Source: Saccharolobus solfataricus (GTDB lineage Archaea; Thermoproteota; Thermoprotei_A; Sulfolobales; Sulfolobaceae). Taken from it: a DNA stretch of 32,000 nt. The position numbers and the translations under genes are program-made. The notes under the pieces are model-generated. The model saw only the letters and a program-made list of their open reading frames with translations. It had not been told where the DNA came from and did no database searches. This document shows, piece after piece, positions 26,884 through 32,000 of the stretch (positions are counted from its first letter, which is position 1; the number at the start of each line of letters is the position of its first letter). The stretch covers positions 600,001 to 632,000 of the forward strand of contig NZ_LT549890.1 of assembly GCF_900079115.1 (NCBI RefSeq), read 5' to 3'.

Positions 26884-27228
26884 TCAACTCACCTTGCCTA
26901 ATACAACAAAACTTATAGATTTAGAAAGAGGTCTACATTCGCCTATTATAACTTTATCTCCCTCTCTAACATTAATACATGGCGGTACATGGGCATGGAT
27001 CCTACTTCTCCTCCTTTCATATCTCTTATACTTCGAGTCATAGTATAAGTATTGCCTTTCTATAACTGCAGCTTTAGTACCTCTATACTTTACAATTACT
27101 CCTTCTAATGTTATACCCCTAACTCTCAATGATCCATGATAAGGACAATCTTCATCTTCACATACCTTCTCGGGAATAGTAATATTAGGTATTCCCGGGT
27201 CCTTTACCGTCTTTCCCTTAGATACCAT
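26884..27228 (-). CDS. rps17: 30S ribosomal protein S17 (uS17)
   Basis: [16 protein letters not shown] and the OB-fold tail [14 protein letters not shown]. Confidence 0.93.
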   Translation of the reverse strand: MVSKGKTVKDPGIPNITIPEKVCEDEDCPYHGSLRVRGITLEGVIVKYRGTKAAVIERQYLYYDSKYKRYERRRSRIHAHVPPCINVREGDKVIIGECRPLSKSISFVVLGKVS

Positions 27229-27237
27229 CTAACCCAC

Positions 27238-27477
27238 CTAAATTCTTTTCCAAGGTTTTCTTACCAGCTTATAGCCAGCTATTATAAAAGACTTACCTTT
27301 AAAAGTTATCTCAAATATACCATGAGCTTTAAATATCCTTATAAACTTGTTCTTCTCTTCTAATTTAATCAAAAACGTTTTTTCCGTCTCTAATACAATA
27401 ACACCTTCTCTAGAAATTAGAAAAGGATCCGTATACCATAAAATCTTTATTCTAGAATTAATGTAATCTAAAATCAT
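27238..27477 (-). CDS. rnp1: RNase P protein component 1 (Rpp29/Pop4 family)
   Basis: 79 aa. GVIVLETEKTFLI core. Conserved position between rpl29 and rps17. Confidence 0.75.
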   Translation of the reverse strand: MILDYINSRIKILWYTDPFLISREGVIVLETEKTFLIKLEEKNKFIRIFKAHGIFEITFKGKSFIIAGYKLVRKPWKRI

Positions 27478-27493
27478 ATAACATATAAAAATA

Positions 27494-27715
27494 CTATTTA
27501 TTCTCTACTTTTTCTCTTTTAACTTTTTTCTTCTCACTTAAAACTGTTAATATTCTTGCTATATCTTTTCTTGTATTTCTAATACTTGCAGTATTCTTTA
27601 AAGTTCCCATTCTAGATTGTACTCTAAGTTTTATTAGCTCTAACTTTAATTCATCTAACTTCTTCAACAGATCTCCAGTTTCCATTTTTCTTAATTCTTC
27701 GGGATCTACCGTCAT
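27494..27715 (-). CDS. rpl29: 50S ribosomal protein L29 (uL29)
   Basis: 73-aa helical protein. [25 protein letters not shown]. Confidence 0.92.
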   Translation of the reverse strand: MTVDPEELRKMETGDLLKKLDELKLELIKLRVQSRMGTLKNTASIRNTRKDIARILTVLSEKKKVKREKVENK

Positions 27716-28401
27716 TCTTTCTCACCCTCACTTTTCTCCTCACTTTTTTGTGACGATTCTTCAATAAAAGTCACATTAGTTACTGACACTTCTTGAGGTA
27801 CGGAAGGAGACTCTTTCAAATTAATTTTATCTTCAATCTTAAGTGGTTTAGTTATAACTACTTCAACACCAAATATTCCAGGTTTCAGCATCGCTATAGC
27901 TATGGCTCTATCTATCATTTTCTCTAATTGCTGTCCGCTTTTGTATACAATACCTTCTTTTAATTTCTCATATCTAGCCCTCTCCGTAGTAAGCTTGCCA
28001 CTTATTATTATTTCTGCGCCTAGTGCTCCAGCATTCATAATTCTTCTCATTGATATAAAAGCTGCTCTTCTAAAATGGTATCCCTTTTCTAAGGCTATTG
28101 CTAACCTAAATGCCATTACTCTAGCATTAAGCTCTGGGTTTTCTACATTTGTTATTGTAATTTGTGGATTCTCTAGACCAAAAACTTTTTCGAAAATTTG
28201 CGCCAGCTGTTTTATATTTCTTCCACCCCTTCCTATTATCATTGAAGGCCTTCCTGCATATATTATAACTCTAGTTCCAATTGGAGTTTTCAAGACTTCT
28301 ACTCCTGCATATTCTGCGTTATAATATTGCTTAGCTAAATACTCATCAATCTTGACTTTCACTATAGACTTTTCAAGGAAATACCTCTTAATGTTTGGCA
28401 T
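27712..28401 (-). CDS. rps3: 30S ribosomal protein S3 (uS3)
   Basis: KH-domain [10 protein letters not shown]. Acidic/Lys tail. Operon position. Confidence 0.93.
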   Translation of the reverse strand: MPNIKRYFLEKSIVKVKIDEYLAKQYYNAEYAGVEVLKTPIGTRVIIYAGRPSMIIGRGGRNIKQLAQIFEKVFGLENPQITITNVENPELNARVMAFRLAIALEKGYHFRRAAFISMRRIMNAGALGAEIIISGKLTTERARYEKLKEGIVYKSGQQLEKMIDRAIAIAMLKPGIFGVEVVITKPLKIEDKINLKESPSVPQEVSVTNVTFIEESSQKSEEKSEGEKE

Positions 28402-28402
28402 A

Positions 28403-28876
28403 TTACTCCACCTCCTCTAAGATTACTTCAATATTAGATGTCCTTCTATACTTTGCAGTAGCCCTCCCAAAAGCTCTTGGCATGTATCTTTGTAATGTTA
28501 TACCTTTGTGGGCAGCTATATGTCTTATAATTAATTTATCAACATCTAGCCCTTTATTAGTCGCATTAGCCTCCGCATTTTCTAATACCTTCAACACTTG
28601 CCTTATAGCTTTCTTTGGATATCTACCAGCTTTTATTTTCCACTTGGCAGATATATTAGACTTGTGTGATGCACCTTTATTATATCTCCAGAAAGGTAAG
28701 GCTTCCTTCTCCTCTAAAACTCTATTTAGAAAATCTTTCGCATCATTAAGATACATTCCCCTAATAGCTTTACAAACATTATAAAGATCTCTTATAGATG
28801 CAGGAACATCTCTTATTACAGCCTTTGCAATTTTTAACTCGTCAACATCTAATTGAGGATACTTCCAACTAGCCAT
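28403..28876 (-). CDS. rpl22: 50S ribosomal protein L22 (uL22)
   Basis: 157 aa. Operon position between rps19 and rps3. Confidence 0.92.
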   Translation of the reverse strand: MASWKYPQLDVDELKIAKAVIRDVPASIRDLYNVCKAIRGMYLNDAKDFLNRVLEEKEALPFWRYNKGASHKSNISAKWKIKAGRYPKKAIRQVLKVLENAEANATNKGLDVDKLIIRHIAAHKGITLQRYMPRAFGRATAKYRRTSNIEVILEEVE

Positions 28877-28882
28877 AATTGA

Positions 28883-29305
28883 TCATCCTTTCATTGCTAA
28901 GAATAAACTTGATCTCGTAGCCTTTAATCCTGGTTCTCCATGTTCAACTTTCTTAGTTGTTATTGAATACTCTCCTAGATAATGACCTATCATCTCCGGC
29001 GTAACCGTAAACTCAACAAATTCCTTTCCGTTATATACAGCCATTTTAAGACCAATTAGCTCTGGCAATATAACTAAGTTTCTGACATGTGTCTTAATGG
29101 TTTTATTAAACTTTCCTTCTCTTCTGTACTTCCTTACTTTCTCTAGCAAGTGTCTTTGCGCATCAGTAAATCCACGCTTTAATGATCTTCTTTGCCTTGA
29201 AGGCAATAATTTGATAAACTCATCCATTGGCATATTTAGTAACTCATCTATACTCTTACCTCTGTATTTAAAGTTCTTCCATTCAGGTGGTATTTCTAAT
29301 GACAT
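28883..29305 (-). CDS. rps19: 30S ribosomal protein S19 (uS19)
   Basis: [25 protein letters not shown] motif. Confidence 0.93.
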   Translation of the reverse strand: MSLEIPPEWKNFKYRGKSIDELLNMPMDEFIKLLPSRQRRSLKRGFTDAQRHLLEKVRKYRREGKFNKTIKTHVRNLVILPELIGLKMAVYNGKEFVEFTVTPEMIGHYLGEYSITTKKVEHGEPGLKATRSSLFLAMKG

Positions 29306-29340
29306 CTATTATCACCTATTCCCCTTTTCATTTATAAAAT

Positions 29341-30057
29341 TCACTTACCCTCCTTCCTACCCGTTCTCCTTGCTGCAATATGACCAACTTTTCTGCCTGG
29401 AGGAGCATTTCTAGATACCGTAGAAGGCCTACTTACACTCTGATGTAGCCCACCACCGTGAGGATGATCAACCACGTTCATTGCAACGCCCCTCACAATA
29501 GGCCATTTCTTAGCTTTTACTTTGTACTTCCAATAATTAGCTCCAGCCTTTAATAGTGGTTTTTCTATGACTCCACCTCCGGCTACTATACCCACAGTAG
29601 CTCTAGCCTTATTCGAAACTGCTTTTATTTTATCTGAAGGTAATCTAATTAGCACCCTATCACCGCTTTTGCCTACTACTACCGCATACGAACCGGCACT
29701 TCTAGCGTATTTACCTCCATCTCCAAAATTTTCTTCAACGTTACATACTATTGTACCCTCTGGTGCATCGCCTATTTCTATAACGTTGCCGTTAGCTATT
29801 GGAGATCCCTTACCAAATTCTATCTTCTGATTAACAACAAGCCCTTGAATCGCTTGCATTAAAAACTTAGTTCCATTTTCTAATTTCACTAAAGCAACGG
29901 GTGCATTCATACCTGGATTATGCACTATGTCTATTACCTTGCCTATAAAATGCCCAAAAATGTTAGGATATCTTACCTTACCTATTCTTAACCAGCCTGG
30001 ATTTCTAAAAGTTGGAGAACCCTTGCCTGCCCTTTGCTGTAACAAATTCTTACCCAT
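29341..30057 (-). CDS. rpl2: 50S ribosomal protein L2 (uL2)
   Basis: VDHPHGGG motif. 238 aa. Confidence 0.95.
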
Positions 30058-30068
30058 TTTATATCACC

Positions 30069-30314
30069 TCAAAATATGCCCAATTTATGGGCTATATCAC
30101 TTGCCTTATATTCTGGTGCTAATTTTACATATGCCTTCTTGTAACCTTGAGGTGTTATAACTACGTTGACTTTTACCACCTTAACGTTAAATAATCTCTC
30201 TACAGATTTCTTAATGTCGTCTTTAGTATCACTCTTATCTACTATTAATGTAAGCGTATTATAGGACTCAATAAGTTTTAATGCCTTCTCTGTAGCTAAA
30301 GCCATTTGAATCAT
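30069..30314 (-). CDS. rpl23: 50S ribosomal protein L23 (uL23)
   Basis: 81 aa. Operon position between rpl4 and rpl2. Confidence 0.92.
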   Translation of the reverse strand: MIQMALATEKALKLIESYNTLTLIVDKSDTKDDIKKSVERLFNVKVVKVNVVITPQGYKKAYVKLAPEYKASDIAHKLGIF

Positions 30315-30315
30315 T

Positions 30316-31119
30316 CTAACTCACCACTCTCTTACTTAATCGTTCGTCTAAAATCTTTATACTACTTTCGGTATAAATAGTAAGTCTACCCGGATGAGCT
30401 CCGGGAGCCAAATGAATAACGCTTACGTCTTTAGCATTAACTACATCAACTCCAGCTAAGTTTCTTGCAGCCTTAATTATTGGGGAATTGCTGTCATGTA
30501 CAATTATTAACGGACCTATTGGTTCCTTATACTTTCTTCCCCTCATTTTGCCCTTTCCAGCCCTTATCCTAATCCTTTCTTTCACTCTCTCTACATCATC
30601 GTAAACACCTATTTTCTTTAAAAACTCTTCCACCTCACTTGTGGTTTTTAGATTAACAATATCGTCAGTTACTACTATAGGGAAACGTACTGAATCTTTA
30701 AATACATGTCCCCTAGCTCTGACGAAAGCTATGTCCGCTGTAGCGCTTAGTGCACTAATTACAGCTAATCGTTTCTCCTTAACGTTTGCCTCTTCTGCAA
30801 GTTTTTTGTTTACTGAGGGGGGAAATGCTAATCTTCCGCCTACGGTATTAGGTGCTAAGGCAGCTTCACCAGAATTTTTAACTCTAGGAACTCTGGCCAT
30901 ACCAAGATTTATTCCAAAACTCTCAGCTGATGTCCTTTTGCCTGCATTAGGATCTCTACCTTTTGGTTGTAGCGAATGTGTAAACTCAGCTATAAATACT
31001 CTTCTTATTAGGTCTTTTCTTACTGGAAACGAAAAAATAATGGGTAATTCAACCTCTTTTATTCTATTTCCATCTTTATCCAAAATATCAGACTTCTTCT
31101 TAACTAGCTCTAAATACAT
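30316..31119 (-). CDS. rpl4: 50S ribosomal protein L4 (uL4)
   Basis: 267 aa. [16 protein letters not shown] and GGRLAFPP motifs. Confidence 0.93.
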   Translation of the reverse strand: MYLELVKKKSDILDKDGNRIKEVELPIIFSFPVRKDLIRRVFIAEFTHSLQPKGRDPNAGKRTSAESFGINLGMARVPRVKNSGEAALAPNTVGGRLAFPPSVNKKLAEEANVKEKRLAVISALSATADIAFVRARGHVFKDSVRFPIVVTDDIVNLKTTSEVEEFLKKIGVYDDVERVKERIRIRAGKGKMRGRKYKEPIGPLIIVHDSNSPIIKAARNLAGVDVVNAKDVSVIHLAPGAHPGRLTIYTESSIKILDERLSKRVVS

Positions 31120-31125
31120 TCACTT

Positions 31126-32000
31126 TCACCCTTGTTGACTTAAAAGGTTAACATAAGTTATCTTAGGAGGATTTTCAAAAACATAAGAAGGCCTAACGGG
31201 TTCTCTTAAGAATATTGGCCTCTTCTTTGAACCTAATATTGAGCCTTCTAACAAAACATATGTGTTCCTTACTATTCCATATCTTACAAAACCACCTGCA
31301 GGATTTATCTCTTTAGGCTCATCACCAATTTTTATAATCCTCTTATTATATTCAGTTCTCCTATGAAAACCTAACTGTCCAGGCTGAGGCGTATAACTAG
31401 GTGTTCCTAAAGATGGACCTCTAGTACCTATTTTCCTACTTCCTTTTCTATGCTTATGCCACCTAGGTAATTCTACCACACTATATCTTTTTATCACACC
31501 AGCAAAACCCTTACCCTTAGTAACTCCTACCACATCTATTAGTTGACCCTCTTTGAAAACGTCTCTAATTGTGATTTCTTTTCCTAGAATGTTTAATGCA
31601 TAGTCCAATTGTGATTTCTTTTCTCCTCCACCTATCTGAATCTCTACTAAATCTGGCGCTTTTTTACCTAATGATGGTATCTTCCTAGGTTGAGTGGAGA
31701 CCAAAAGCCTAAAGTAGACTATTCTATCTAGGTTAGATTTGATAAGATCCAACTTAGTATTAAATCTTTCATCGAACTTCTTTTTACTTTCATCATCTTT
31801 CAAAAAAGATGAAATTGAATGAATTCTTCTCGTAATATCCAAGAACTGTAAAGAGGAGGAAGACCAATACTCTGTTATTACGTTTGGTTCGCCTTTACCG
31901 TCAATTGCATAAGCTCTTAACGCCAACGGTATAATTGGAGGTACTTCTAAGACTGTAACCGGCATATATATCTCTTTACCATTAGTAGGAGAGTTAGGCC
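31126..32000 (-). CDS. rpl3: 50S ribosomal protein L3 (uL3). The N-terminus lies beyond the window edge
   Basis: GKGFAGVIKRY, WHKHRKGSRKIGTRGP and PGQLGFHRRTEYNK motifs. The frame remains open upstream of the first listed Met. Confidence 0.93.
   Translation of the reverse strand, partial: PNSPTNGKEIYMPVTVLEVPPIIPLALRAYAIDGKGEPNVITEYWSSSSLQFLDITRRIHSISSFLKDDESKKKFDERFNTKLDLIKSNLDRIVYFRLLVSTQPRKIPSLGKKAPDLVEIQIGGGEKKSQLDYALNILGKEITIRDVFKEGQLIDVVGVTKGKGFAGVIKRYSVVELPRWHKHRKGSRKIGTRGPSLGTPSYTPQPGQLGFHRRTEYNKRIIKIGDEPKEINPAGGFVRYGIVRNTYVLLEGSILGSKKRPIFLREPVRPSYVFENPPKITYVNLLSQQG

Overview
This window looks like a Sulfolobus/Saccharolobus-type crenarchaeal chromosome: AT-rich, with leaderless genes or GGTGA-type SD sites and the characteristic ribosomal gene order. 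It has three parts. (1) 1 to ~9738 is the right-hand ~9.7 kb of an integrated fusellovirus (SSV-like provirus). Its minus-strand genes follow the SSV1 T6-side order (A100/A132-like, C80-like RHH, A79-like and A45-like zinc fingers, C102b-like membrane protein, B129-like zinc finger, A291-like, C124-like, C792/VP4-like), with an extra Cas4-like nuclease inserted. A divergent control region at 6213-6319 separates them from a plus-strand early block of RHH and wHTH regulators and hypotheticals. That block ends in a perfect 62-bp tandem array and the N-terminal half of an SSV-type integrase, whose frame runs into the antisense of an intact tRNA-Gly(CCC), the classic split-integrase junction. (2) 9.9-17.3 kb is host DNA. 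It holds a three-gene operon (MacB/FtsX-type permease, an 851-aa protein with about 7-8 CARDB-like repeats, ABC ATPase), tRNA-Phe(GAA), a ~73-nt near-palindromic MITE-like element, archaemetzincin, archease, and a cedA2/cedA/(cedA1)-like membrane gene set (Ced DNA-import system) translationally coupled to cmk. (3) 17.3-32 kb is the conserved minus-strand cluster rpl3 through rpl15, then secY, adk, a DUF106 protein, rpl34e and cmk. I see no CRISPR array and no rRNA. The most interesting non-genic signals are the phased TGGACC 62-bp array, the repeated ATTGACAGATTGA operator-like words around the early promoters, and three CTGTCAGACAG palindromes inside an early gene. Every homology call comes from reading the translated sequences by eye. 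No database search was run.
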